NCBI GenBank assembly: GCA_036525185.1
Contig: DATDAW010000002.1
Span: forward strand, 72,856-136,855
DNA: 64,000 nucleotides
Source of the DNA: Chthoniobacterales bacterium
GTDB taxonomy: Bacteria > Verrucomicrobiota > Verrucomicrobiia > Chthoniobacterales > DASVRZ01
Direction of reading: 5' to 3'
Position 1 is the stretch's first letter. The number at the start of each line of letters is the position of its first letter. Shown here piece after piece: positions 35,939-44,743 of this stretch. The notes under the pieces are model-generated. The model ran no database searches and had not been told where the DNA came from. It worked only from the letters and a program-made list of their open reading frames with translations. A program made the translations under genes and the position numbers.

Positions 35939-36940
35939 ATGTCTGAGATTCGTGAAAACCGGCTTACCGGTGAATGGGTCATCATCGCTCCCGAGCGGGC
36001 GAAGCGCGGCGGGAATCTCGTGTCAGTAACACCGCGAACGGAAGTCCCTCCCTACGACGCGGGTTGCCCCTTCTGTCGGGGTAACGAAGCGCAGACCGAG
36101 ATCGAACGCCTTCGCATTGACGGGGATGATGGGCAATGGGCCCTTCGATCGCTGGTCAACAAGTTCTCGGTCCTATCCCAGACCGGAGAGGTTGCTCAGG
36201 AAGGTTTTGCGGCGCCTGGTGAAGTGCGTGTGAACGCCGTTGGCCTGCACGAAGTGCTCGTCGAGAGTCCGATACATAATGTCACGATGGCCGTGGGCGG
36301 CGTCGCGCATGTGCAGCGAATCTTGAGGGCCTACCGCCACCGGTTCATGGCGTTTTACGCGGACCCGCGTGTGAGGCATGTGATCGTTTTCAAAAATCAC
36401 GGCGCGGATGCCGGCGCGTCCCAGCAGCATTCGCATTCCCAGATCGTCGGTCTGCCGATCATTCCCGGCCAGATCGTGGACCGGTTGCATAGTGCACGGC
36501 GATTTTTTGAGGAAAGCGGCCAATGCCTGTCTTGCACGATCGTTGCGCAGGAGCGCGCGCAGGCGAGCAGGATCATCGCCGAGAACGATGACTTTGTGGC
36601 GTTCATCCCGTACGCAGCGCTGTCGCCGTACCACCTGTGGATTTTCCCGAAAACGCATGGGGCGTGCTTTTCCGAGCAACCGGTCGGGACGCTACCTGCG
36701 CTGGCGGAAGTCCTGCACACTGTTCTCGGCAAGGTTCACGGGCTGTTGGCAAATCCCGCGTTCAATCTGGTTGTCCGTTCACTCGGTCCCCAGGAAAAAG
36801 ACGTGCCGCATTTTCATTGGTATCTGTCCATTGTGCCCCGGGTAGTCAAATCGGCGGGCTTCGAGCTCGGCACTGGGATGTATATCAATTCGTCATTGCC
36901 CGAGACGAATGCACAAGCGCTGAGAGAGTATCCGTTGTAG
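35939..36940 (+). CDS. galT: galactose-1-phosphate uridylyltransferase-type HIT-family nucleotidyltransferase
   Basis: 333 aa; RENRLTGEWVIIAPERAKR, Zn site CPFCRGNE, active site HSHSQIVG (HxHxQ). Confidence 0.85.
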   Translation: MSEIRENRLTGEWVIIAPERAKRGGNLVSVTPRTEVPPYDAGCPFCRGNEAQTEIERLRIDGDDGQWALRSLVNKFSVLSQTGEVAQEGFAAPGEVRVNAVGLHEVLVESPIHNVTMAVGGVAHVQRILRAYRHRFMAFYADPRVRHVIVFKNHGADAGASQQHSHSQIVGLPIIPGQIVDRLHSARRFFEESGQCLSCTIVAQERAQASRIIAENDDFVAFIPYAALSPYHLWIFPKTHGACFSEQPVGTLPALAEVLHTVLGKVHGLLANPAFNLVVRSLGPQEKDVPHFHWYLSIVPRVVKSAGFELGTGMYINSSLPETNAQALREYPL

Positions 36941-36971
36941 CGGCGGTCTATGACCGTCCGCTGTTCTTTTT
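36940..36971 (+). terminator. intrinsic terminator formed by a second copy of the REP-like repeat
   Basis: GCGGCGGTC tat GACCGTCCGC followed by TGTTCTTTTT; repeat 21-mer GTTGTAGCGGCGGTCTATGAC spans 36934-36954 and contains the galT TAG. Confidence 0.6.
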
Positions 36972-37103
36972 CCATCCGGAAACCGGCAAAATCTGCGAAT
37001 CCGGAATGGCGACTCTGTTCTGAACCTTGCGAGCCCGGTTTGCCGTTTGCGTCCAGCCCAGGACGGGCAGACGGTTTGTCGAACAGAAAGTGAGTCTCTT
37101 ACT

Positions 37104-37310
37104 ATGAACAGCGAGATTCGATTCGATGAGAATGCAGCCTGTGATCGATGCGGACAGTCCGGTGCGTATCAGGTCGAAGGCGAGAGCCTCTGTGCCGAGT
37201 GTATCAGTGCGCGCGGTTCGTGTTGTCTGGAGTTCGGAAGCGATGACCTTTGGTGTTTCGATGACGAAATGCCGGGGCCCAAAACAGGCGGCCCGACCTC
37301 CCATGAATGA
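37104..37310 (+). CDS. small zinc-ribbon-like protein (68 aa)
   Basis: MNSEIRFDENAACDRCGQSGAYQVEGESLCAECISARGSCC...: CxxC-x12-CxxC; acidic C-terminus; stop overlaps next ATG by 8 nt. Confidence 0.45.
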   Translation: MNSEIRFDENAACDRCGQSGAYQVEGESLCAECISARGSCCLEFGSDDLWCFDDEMPGPKTGGPTSHE

Positions 37311-37788
37311 AATTTTCGATCGCATTCTGACGTTCAATCTTGTCGGCAGCACAGTGGTCTTCTTCGTGGCCGCCCGAATTTATCTGTGGCCGCGCTTCGA
37401 CACGCTTTCCGCTAGTCACATTGTAATCCCCATTTTGCTTCTTCATTCGTTCCGGCATTTGGGTCTTATGTTTCTCACGACGGGGGCAATTTATCCGGGG
37501 ATGCCCTCCCAATTTGCGTATCCCGCCGCTATTGGTGATTTGATTGCGGCGATTCTTGCGTTCGCTTCGCTCTTCATGCTGCTTCGCAGATCGGCGGCAG
37601 CGGGAGCCTTTCTCTGGGCGTTCAATATCTTTGGAAGCTTGGATCTGGTAGCTGCTATTGTGCTGGCGACGGTATACAACGCTCCGATTCACATGGGGCC
37701 GGCTTATTGGATCCCCGCTTTTTGGGTTCCGGCACTCCTGGTCACCCACTATATTTTATTTATCCTCCTCGTAAGAAGACGGATTTGA
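37303..37788 (+). CDS. hypothetical 4-TM membrane protein (161 aa)
   Basis: ORF 37126..37788; ATG 37303 (MNEIFDRILTFNLVGSTVVFFVAARIYLW); hydrophobic segments throughout; no family recognised. Confidence 0.6.
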   Translation: MNEIFDRILTFNLVGSTVVFFVAARIYLWPRFDTLSASHIVIPILLLHSFRHLGLMFLTTGAIYPGMPSQFAYPAAIGDLIAAILAFASLFMLLRRSAAAGAFLWAFNIFGSLDLVAAIVLATVYNAPIHMGPAYWIPAFWVPALLVTHYILFILLVRRRI

Positions 37789-37828
37789 ACCAAATCCGAC
37801 GGGGCGACCGATCTTGGTCGCGGATTTG
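37780..37828 (+). other. two mutually exclusive hairpins sharing one arm
   Basis: CGGATTTG (37780-37787) aac CAAATCCG (37791-37798) ... CGGATTTG (37821-37828); inner GCGACC/GGTCGC stem; first arm contains the TGA stop 37786-37788. Confidence 0.6.
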
Positions 37829-37912
37829 CTTGGGCGCCGGGCAATTCCGTTGACGAGATCGTTTTAGAGTATCCGCCTTGACCAGCCGGAATTTCGTTGC
37901 GAGTTCTGGAAT

Positions 37913-38830
37913 TTGATGACTTCCTTTTGGTGCGAACATCAGATCAATCTGTCCGAAACCGAATGGCTTGCCTGTCAGGCGGCGCATGAACATCGCGTCC
38001 TGAGGTGGATCGAACCGCATCTGAACAGGTCATCTCGCAATGAGCGGCATCCCGTTTACGATTTTCTCTTTGAATATTACTCGTTGCGGCCTGGCCAGTT
38101 GCTGCGCTGGCACCCGGGAATCGGCATAGCGCTTCAGGGGACGAGGGCTTTCGATCGTCTCGGGTGGAGCGCTTATACGGAGACGCCCGAAGGCGTGGCC
38201 TCAAACGCCCACGCATGGAAGCCGGATCGGCGCCCTTTCGTTAAATGGCTGTTGAATTTGTTGCAGGCCACCACCGGGCGCCCCGGACATTTCGGCTGCT
38301 TCGGCCTACATGAGTGGGCCATGGTTTACCGGACTCCGCAAGTGCGCCACGGAAAATGGCCGCTTCGCTTTTCCCAGGCCGAGATCGCCCGGATCGTCGA
38401 TGCGCAGCCTGTGCGGTGTACGCATTACGACGCGTTTAGGTTTTTCACGGCTGAAGCCCGGCCGCTCAACCGCTGGCAACTCGCGCGCGAAACGACATCA
38501 GAGTTCGAACAACCCGGCTGTCTGCACGCAAACATGGACCTGTATAAATGGGCTTACAAACTCACCCCATTTGCTCCGTCTGAATTGGTCGCGGACGCCT
38601 TTGAACTCGCGATGGAAATTCGTGAAGCAGATATGCGGGCCAGTCCTTATGATCTACGGGCACTCGGGTTCGCGCCGATCGCCATCGAGACTCCGGAGGG
38701 TCGTGCCGAATATGAACGGCTCCAGCGTTGTTTCTCTGAACGAGCCGCCCCGGTGCGCTTCCGCCTTATCTCCGTCTGCAAACGCCTCTTGCAGACGTGG
38801 GAGCAACGTAACCCATTGTCACCTGGATAG
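37913..38830 (+). CDS. conserved hypothetical protein (family I recall being auto-annotated as 3-methyladenine DNA glycosylase; function unverified)
   Basis: 305 aa; HPVYDFLFEYYSLRPGQLLRWHPG motif near N-terminus, HEWAMVYR, HANMDLYKWAYKL. Confidence 0.55.
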   Translation: MMTSFWCEHQINLSETEWLACQAAHEHRVLRWIEPHLNRSSRNERHPVYDFLFEYYSLRPGQLLRWHPGIGIALQGTRAFDRLGWSAYTETPEGVASNAHAWKPDRRPFVKWLLNLLQATTGRPGHFGCFGLHEWAMVYRTPQVRHGKWPLRFSQAEIARIVDAQPVRCTHYDAFRFFTAEARPLNRWQLARETTSEFEQPGCLHANMDLYKWAYKLTPFAPSELVADAFELAMEIREADMRASPYDLRALGFAPIAIETPEGRAEYERLQRCFSERAAPVRFRLISVCKRLLQTWEQRNPLSPG

Positions 38831-38841
38831 GCAGAATTCGA

Positions 38842-39279
38842 CTAGCCGCCTTGGGAGCCGTCCCGGAAACGTGCAGCGGAGCCGTCCTCGAGTTGCCTGC
38901 GGATATCTTCCAGCAATCCATGCAGAACTCGCGGGTCAAACGGCTTTACCAGGTGCCGCACGAAACCGGCCGCTCGACTCCGTTCCAAATCCCGTTCCGC
39001 GCTGAAACCACTGATCGCGATGGCCGTAAACATTCGTCGCTGACTCAGTTTCACCAGTAACTGCCAGCCGTCGCCGTCCGGCAATCCGAGGTCGCTTACC
39101 AGGACATCAAACGGTTCCTGCTCGGCCGCCTTTAGGGCGTGTTGTGCCGAGCTCGCCGGAATGACCGTATAGCCTCGCCGCCGCATCCAGGTGCCGATCG
39201 ATCTCAGGCTGTCCGGGTGATCGTCCACCAGTAGGATTCGGAGGCCGCGCATCCCGTCTTTGGCAGAGGGTTTGAGCAT
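38842..39279 (-). CDS. stand-alone response-regulator receiver protein (CheY-like)
   Basis: ORF 38842..39339; start ATG 39279 or 39252; ILLVDDHPD, VLVSDLGLPDGDG, AISGF, HLVKP; no kinase or output domain nearby. Confidence 0.8.
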   Translation of the reverse strand: MLKPSAKDGMRGLRILLVDDHPDSLRSIGTWMRRRGYTVIPASSAQHALKAAEQEPFDVLVSDLGLPDGDGWQLLVKLSQRRMFTAIAISGFSAERDLERSRAAGFVRHLVKPFDPRVLHGLLEDIRRQLEDGSAARFRDGSQGG

Positions 39280-39516
39280 TATTGCAATCGGTCGGTTTGG
39301 AATTTGGAAATGCCAGGCCGGGCGCGTCTCCTTTCTCATCAGTGCATCGTTTGGCGCGCGTCTAACGGTTTTCTCTCAATTTGAACACCTTGAACTTCTC
39401 ATGCCGTCTTCAGGACGAGCGGGCAAAAGTGTCAATTCGCAGCATTCCTGTCGGCGTGAGCAGTTACGGCAGGAAACCGCAAGCTTTTTCGTAAAATTTC
39501 GCCGCCTTTTCCCGCG

Positions 39517-39578
39517 TTTTTGGTTGACCAAAAATTCGTCTTGGTGGCATAAAGTGGGGCATGGTGGCGCGGAATGGA
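39517..39578 (+). promoter_or_regulatory. Pmra promoter candidate with MraZ operator (GTGG boxes in 10-bp phase)
   Basis: Palindrome TTTTTGGTTGACCAAAAA (39517-39534) containing TTGACC (39524-39529). A -10-like GCATAA/CATAAA follows 17-18 nt downstream. GTGG at 39544, 39554 and 39564, and ATGG at 39574. Confidence 0.6.
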
Positions 39579-39598
39579 GTGAACTGCGCCTAAATCCC

Positions 39599-40054
39599 AT
39601 GGAATCCACCGCAAAACCACATCCCATGTACGCCGGCAGCTACCGGCACACGGTCGATCCGAAGAACCGGATCACCGTGCCCGTGCGATGGCGCCGCGGT
39701 GAGGTCGAGGATTTCCACATCTTTCCGGAGCAGCACAAACGCTTTCTCATCGTCGCTCCGCCCGAGGAATTCCGCCGATTCGGCGAAAGCATCCAGAGCG
39801 ACCCGAACATCTCCGAGGAAGACAAGCGCAAGTTTCTCCGCCGCTATTACGCCGACGCCAGGGATGCTTCGACAGACAAACAGGGACGCCTTGTCCTGCC
39901 TGAGGAACACAGCCGCAAGGTCAGTCTCGGCACCGATGTCGTCCTCGCCGGCAGCAATAGCCGAATCGAAATCTGGAATGCTGAAGCCTGGAATACCGCC
40001 CTCGAAGCGGAGGATGAAGCATTCCGCAAGGTAGCCGACCGAAAAGGGCTGTAA
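39599..40054 (+). CDS. mraZ: transcriptional regulator MraZ
   Basis: ORF 39260..40054; start ATG 39599 or 39626 (MYAGSYRHTVDPKNRITVP); duplicated DPKNRITVP / DKQGRLVLP halves. Confidence 0.85.
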   Translation: MESTAKPHPMYAGSYRHTVDPKNRITVPVRWRRGEVEDFHIFPEQHKRFLIVAPPEEFRRFGESIQSDPNISEEDKRKFLRRYYADARDASTDKQGRLVLPEEHSRKVSLGTDVVLAGSNSRIEIWNAEAWNTALEAEDEAFRKVADRKGL

Positions 40055-40186
40055 CTTCCTATCCCGCAATGAGCGCGCAAATGATCCACCGGAACCAAGA
40101 AATCCGGTCCTCGCGCGAGAGCGGGAACCGACCAGACAAAAACCAACGCCATGAATCAACTGAGATTATCGTGCCCAGCCTGGCCC

Positions 40187-41128
40187 ATGACGCCTGACCT
40201 GGAGAGCTCTGGTGCCCCGTACCACACCCCCGTGTTGGCGCGCGAGATCGTGGAAGCGCTGCAGCCGGCACCCGGCAAGCTTATCGTCGATGGCACGCTT
40301 GGGGGTGGCGGTCACACGGAACTTTTCCTGCGCGCCGGCGCACAGGTGATTGGGATGGACCAGGACGACGAGGCCCTCGCTTTTGCCAAAAATCGACTGG
40401 AACAGTTCGGTGAGGCTTTTCATCCGGTAAAATCGAATTTCCGTCACATTGACCGGGTGCTCGCCGAACTTGCTGTGGAGAAAGTCGACGGCGTCCTCCT
40501 GGACATCGGCGTTTCCTCCCATCAACTCGACGAAGCCGAGCGCGGTTTCAGTTTCCAGGCCAATGGTCCGCTTGACATGCGGATGGACCGCACCCAACCC
40601 AGATCGGCGGCCGATATCGTCAACGGCGCTGACCTGGAGGAAATGGTTCGGATTTTCCGCGTTTACGGCGAGGCCGAGAATGCCGTGCGGATTGCCCGGA
40701 AACTGATCGTCCGCCGTGCTGTGAAACCATTTGTAGATACCGCCGACCTTGCGGCTGCGGTCGAGGAAGTTTCTCCTCGCCGTGGCCGCAAACATCCGGC
40801 CACCCAAATTTTCCAGGCCCTGCGAATCGCGGTAAACGACGAGCTCGGTGCGCTCGCAGATGCTCTCGAAAAAGTTCCCGCTCTTTTGAATACAGGCGGC
40901 CGATTTGGCGTCATCACTTTCCATTCTCTGGAAGACCGCATGGTCAAAAACAATTTCCGTGACCACAGCCAGCCCGTCCTGGACCGGCCCGAATGGCCGG
41001 CTCCCCGTCCGAACCCGGATTGCTTTTACCGTCTGGTTTCGCGCAAGGGGATCACCGCCTCCGAAGAAGAACGAACCGCCAACCCGCGCGCCCGCAGCGC
41101 AACGCTCCGTATCGTAGAAAGGACCTAA
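40187..41128 (+). CDS. rsmH: 16S rRNA (cytosine1402-N4)-methyltransferase
   Basis: ORF 40151..41128 (ATG 40151 or 40187); HTPVLAREIVEAL, DGTLGGGGHTE, DIGVSSHQLD, GPLDMRM. Confidence 0.9.
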   Translation: MTPDLESSGAPYHTPVLAREIVEALQPAPGKLIVDGTLGGGGHTELFLRAGAQVIGMDQDDEALAFAKNRLEQFGEAFHPVKSNFRHIDRVLAELAVEKVDGVLLDIGVSSHQLDEAERGFSFQANGPLDMRMDRTQPRSAADIVNGADLEEMVRIFRVYGEAENAVRIARKLIVRRAVKPFVDTADLAAAVEEVSPRRGRKHPATQIFQALRIAVNDELGALADALEKVPALLNTGGRFGVITFHSLEDRMVKNNFRDHSQPVLDRPEWPAPRPNPDCFYRLVSRKGITASEEERTANPRARSATLRIVERT

Positions 41129-41129
41129 C

Positions 41130-41501
41130 ATGACCCGCAATCGCCGCAAACATGAAAACTCCGTCCGTGTCGCCGCCGTCATTTGGTGGGTTCTCGTTTT
41201 TTCAGGTCTGGGCGGGCTCGGCTTGTCTTACGTTTACATTAAGAACCAGACCATCGCCTGCGGCGAAGAACGTCGAAAGCTCGAGCGCGAGCTGCGCGAT
41301 TTTTCCGACCGGAGCAACACGCTCCAGCAACAGATTACCGCGGAAAGTTCGCGCCTCACGCTCGATCGAAAACTGGCATCCGGCTACATCCAGATGATAG
41401 AGATTGATCCTATTCGGATCGTTCGTCTCGACGGTTCCAACCCGGTTGTTGCCGAGCAGAACTCCGCCCACGAACCTCCGCAGATTTACGCCCGGCAGTA
41501 A
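41130..41501 (+). CDS. ftsL: FtsL-like bitopic cell-division protein
   Basis: 123 aa in the ftsL position; basic N-tail, TM VAAVIWWVLVFSGLGGLGLSYVYI, coiled-coil-like RRKLERELRDFSDRSNTLQQQI; stop shares 1 nt with ftsI ATG. Confidence 0.6.
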   Translation: MTRNRRKHENSVRVAAVIWWVLVFSGLGGLGLSYVYIKNQTIACGEERRKLERELRDFSDRSNTLQQQITAESSRLTLDRKLASGYIQMIEIDPIRIVRLDGSNPVVAEQNSAHEPPQIYARQ

Positions 41502-43255
41502 TGAGAACCGCCCGCTCCAAGGCCATATTCGTATGTGTCTCGCTCGTAGCCGCTTTCAGTGTCTGCTCCGGGCGCCTGATTCATTTGCAATATGTGGAGC
41601 ACGAGGAGTTTGCAACGCTGGCGGCGGAAAAGCACATCGTTAAGATTCCCGTCTTTGCCAAACGGGGCAGGATCATTGATGCCAATGGCGAAGTGTTGGC
41701 CGACAATATCGCGGTCAAGACCGTCTATGCCGACGCGAGCCATATTCCGAATCCGGGAGCATTGAGGAGTGTCGCGGAGATCACCGCGCGTCAGCTTCAA
41801 CTCGACCAATCGGCCGTTCTCTCAAAGCTTGAGACCGGTCGCCGCTATATTGTTCTTAAAAAAGAAGTCGATCAAATCACTTCGCATAACCTCGAAGCGG
41901 AACTTGGCAAGAAAAAACTGCGGGGCATCTATTTTCTCGAGGACTTCCATCGCGTTTATCCAAATGACGACATGCTGGCCCATGTCATTGGTTATCTGGA
42001 TCACGAACACAGGGGGTTGGCCGGCATTGAGAAGAGCATGGACGACTATCTCCAGGGGTACGACGGCTATCGCTATACCGAGCGTGATCGAACCGGCCGC
42101 GAGATCGTGCTCTACCGGGGCCAGGAACGCCCCGCGCAGAATGGTTATACGGTGCAGACGACGGTCCAGCTCGGCTTGCAAGGCATCATCGAGCGTGAAC
42201 TCACTGAAGCCTGCGCCAAATACAAGCCGCGCGGCGCCACCATCATTCTCATGGAGCCGCACACGGGCGCCGTCATGGCGATGGCTTCATGGCCGACGTT
42301 TGATGTTAATAACGCCAACAACGTCCCTCCTGAGGTCACGAAAAACCATGCAATTCTCGACATGTACGAGCCGGGATCGACGTTCAAGATCGTCGTCACG
42401 TCCGCGGCGCTCGAAGACAAGATCGTCAATGACAAAACGCTGATCTACTGCGAGGGTGGACGATTCAGCTATAACAAGCGCGTCCTGCGTGATCACAAAC
42501 CCGCCGGAAACCTGACGGTTCACGACATTATCGTTAAATCCAGTAACATTGGCTCTGCAAAGCTCGCTTTGCAGATGGGCGAGCAGCGTTTTTACGAATA
42601 TACCCGGGCCTTTGGCTTCGGCGAACCCACGGGCATCGATCTTCCAGGGGAAATCCGCGGACGTGTCAACGCCCCGTTTGGCTCGGATAAACTGGCCATC
42701 ACGCGTGTTCCCATGGGGCAGGCGGTATCGGTCACTGCCATCCAGATGGCATCCGCATTATCCGCAATCGCCAACGGCGGTCGTCTGATGATGCCGCAGA
42801 TTGTTTCCTCCATCTATTCACCGGATGGACAGAGCATCGCCCGTTACGATCCGGTCGAAGTCCGTCGCGTCATTTCCCCGGAAACGACTCAAAAGATAAC
42901 GGCCGCCCTCATTGATGTAACCCGGAAAGCGGCTACCGCTGCACAGGTTCCCGGTTTTCTGGTCGCGGGGAAAACTGGGACTGCCCAGAAAGTGAGACCC
43001 GATGGGAAAGGTTACATGGACGACCGTTACATCGTCTCGTTCAATGGTTTCATGCCGGCGGACAATCCGAAATTTGTTTGCTACGTCATGGTGGACGACG
43101 CAAAGCTGCCCGGCCATATGAACTATGGTGCGACGGTTGCGGCGCCCATTTTTTCAAAGGTTGCCGAAAAGGTGGCGCGCCAGCTGGACTTGCGTCCGGA
43201 TCCCGTTCTAATGGCGGAGCAGCTTAAACATGCCTCCAAACAGGAGCGCGACTAA
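41501..43255 (+). CDS. ftsI: peptidoglycan D,D-transpeptidase FtsI (class B PBP)
   Basis: 584 aa; STFK, SSN (KSSNIG), KTGT. Confidence 0.9.
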   Translation: MRTARSKAIFVCVSLVAAFSVCSGRLIHLQYVEHEEFATLAAEKHIVKIPVFAKRGRIIDANGEVLADNIAVKTVYADASHIPNPGALRSVAEITARQLQLDQSAVLSKLETGRRYIVLKKEVDQITSHNLEAELGKKKLRGIYFLEDFHRVYPNDDMLAHVIGYLDHEHRGLAGIEKSMDDYLQGYDGYRYTERDRTGREIVLYRGQERPAQNGYTVQTTVQLGLQGIIERELTEACAKYKPRGATIILMEPHTGAVMAMASWPTFDVNNANNVPPEVTKNHAILDMYEPGSTFKIVVTSAALEDKIVNDKTLIYCEGGRFSYNKRVLRDHKPAGNLTVHDIIVKSSNIGSAKLALQMGEQRFYEYTRAFGFGEPTGIDLPGEIRGRVNAPFGSDKLAITRVPMGQAVSVTAIQMASALSAIANGGRLMMPQIVSSIYSPDGQSIARYDPVEVRRVISPETTQKITAALIDVTRKAATAAQVPGFLVAGKTGTAQKVRPDGKGYMDDRYIVSFNGFMPADNPKFVCYVMVDDAKLPGHMNYGATVAAPIFSKVAEKVARQLDLRPDPVLMAEQLKHASKQERD

Positions 43256-43261
43256 TACGGT

Positions 43262-44743
43262 ATGCTTTTAAAGACTTTGCTAACAAAAACTCCTGTCGAG
43301 GAAACTCTTGGCAGCGCCGAGCGCGAGATCACCTCGATTGCTTACGATTCGCGCCGCGTTACCAAGGGAGCGCTTTTTGTTGCATTACCAGGTGAAAAAG
43401 TGGATGGCGCGGAGTTTATCCGGCAGGCGATCGAACGCGGTGCCGAAGCCATCGTCACGGAAAAGCCGCTGACGCCAACCAAAGTCACGAGCATCAAAGT
43501 CCCCAATGCTCGAAAAGCGCTCGCCGATCTTTCGAGCGCCTTTTATCGGTACCCGGCGGGTAAATTAAAGCTCGTTGCCGTTACCGGAACGAACGGCAAG
43601 ACGACGATCACGTTTCTGTTGAAACATTTGCTGGAAAGCGCCGGGTTGCGCACGGGTCTCATTGGGACCGTTCGCTACGAGATCGGAGAACGCCTTTTGC
43701 CTGCTGCACGGACGACGCCGGAGTCTTTGGATATTAACGATATGCTTTCCCAGATCGTTAACAGCGGCGGCAAGGCGGCTGTCATGGAGGTTTCCTCGCA
43801 CGCGCTCGTATTGAATCGGGTGCACGGAATGGAGTTTAACGTCGCGATTTTCACCAACCTGACCCAGGACCACCTTGATTACCATCGGACGATGACTGAC
43901 TATTTCGAGGCGAAAGCGAAACTCTTTGCGCAACTGGCCAACCAGACCCGCAAGGAAGGCACGGCGATCATTAACATCGACAGTCCTCATGGCGAGCAGT
44001 TGATCCAGCGGCATGGCCGCGAGATCCCGGTGATCACGTATGGAGTCGGCGCGAATGCGCAGTTCCGGGCAGGCAATTTCAAGACCGAAGCGGGGCAGAC
44101 GACCTATCAACTGGACGCTAACGGAAAGATGTATTTGGTTCGTCTGCCCCTGATCGGACGGTTTAACATTTACAATTCTCTCGCTGCGCTTGCCGCCGCG
44201 TCCTCGCTGGGCTTGAACGTGCGTGATTGCGTCCATGCGCTCGCCAAGGCGCCGCAGGTTCCAGGTCGTCTCGAGGCGGTTCCAATCAAGCGTCAGTTCC
44301 AGGTGTTCGTTGACTACGCCCATACCGACGATGCGTTGGTTAACGTCCTTAAAACATTACGTGAGCTGAATCCCAACCGGCTCATCGTTGTTTTCGGCTG
44401 CGGCGGAAATCGTGACCGCGCAAAACGTCCGAAAATGGGAGCTGCTGCCAGCGAATACGCTGACTATGCCATCGTCACCTCGGACAATCCGCGTAAAGAA
44501 GACCCGGACGCGATCATTGCCGACATCGTTCCGGCCATGCGCGCTGGAAAATTCGAAGCGATTGTCGATCGCCAGGAAGCCATTTTCCGTGCTGTAGCGC
44601 TCGCGGGCCCGCGCGACATCGTGTTGATCGCTGGAAAAGGTCACGAAACCTATCAGGAATTTGCCGATAGCACGATTCCGTTCAACGATGTGGAAGTAGT
44701 TGCCAGCGCTGTGGGCTCGTTGCCCGTCAAACTTTCGGACTAA
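43262..44743 (+). CDS. murE: UDP-N-acetylmuramoyl-L-alanyl-D-glutamate--2,6-diaminopimelate ligase
   Basis: VTGTNGKTT, TSDNPRKEDP, Mur ligase three-domain length. Confidence 0.9.
   Translation: MLLKTLLTKTPVEETLGSAEREITSIAYDSRRVTKGALFVALPGEKVDGAEFIRQAIERGAEAIVTEKPLTPTKVTSIKVPNARKALADLSSAFYRYPAGKLKLVAVTGTNGKTTITFLLKHLLESAGLRTGLIGTVRYEIGERLLPAARTTPESLDINDMLSQIVNSGGKAAVMEVSSHALVLNRVHGMEFNVAIFTNLTQDHLDYHRTMTDYFEAKAKLFAQLANQTRKEGTAIINIDSPHGEQLIQRHGREIPVITYGVGANAQFRAGNFKTEAGQTTYQLDANGKMYLVRLPLIGRFNIYNSLAALAAASSLGLNVRDCVHALAKAPQVPGRLEAVPIKRQFQVFVDYAHTDDALVNVLKTLRELNPNRLIVVFGCGGNRDRAKRPKMGAAASEYADYAIVTSDNPRKEDPDAIIADIVPAMRAGKFEAIVDRQEAIFRAVALAGPRDIVLIAGKGHETYQEFADSTIPFNDVEVVASAVGSLPVKLSD

Noticed and set aside
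28400-39300. The accessory patch as a defence island or biosynthetic gene cluster.
   Set aside because: The content is redox enzymes (SDR/AKR), LysR/AraC regulators, small membrane proteins and a GalT-type transferase. There are no ATPase/nuclease/RT/helicase defence hallmarks, and no PKS/NRPS/terpene/RiPP core enzymes.
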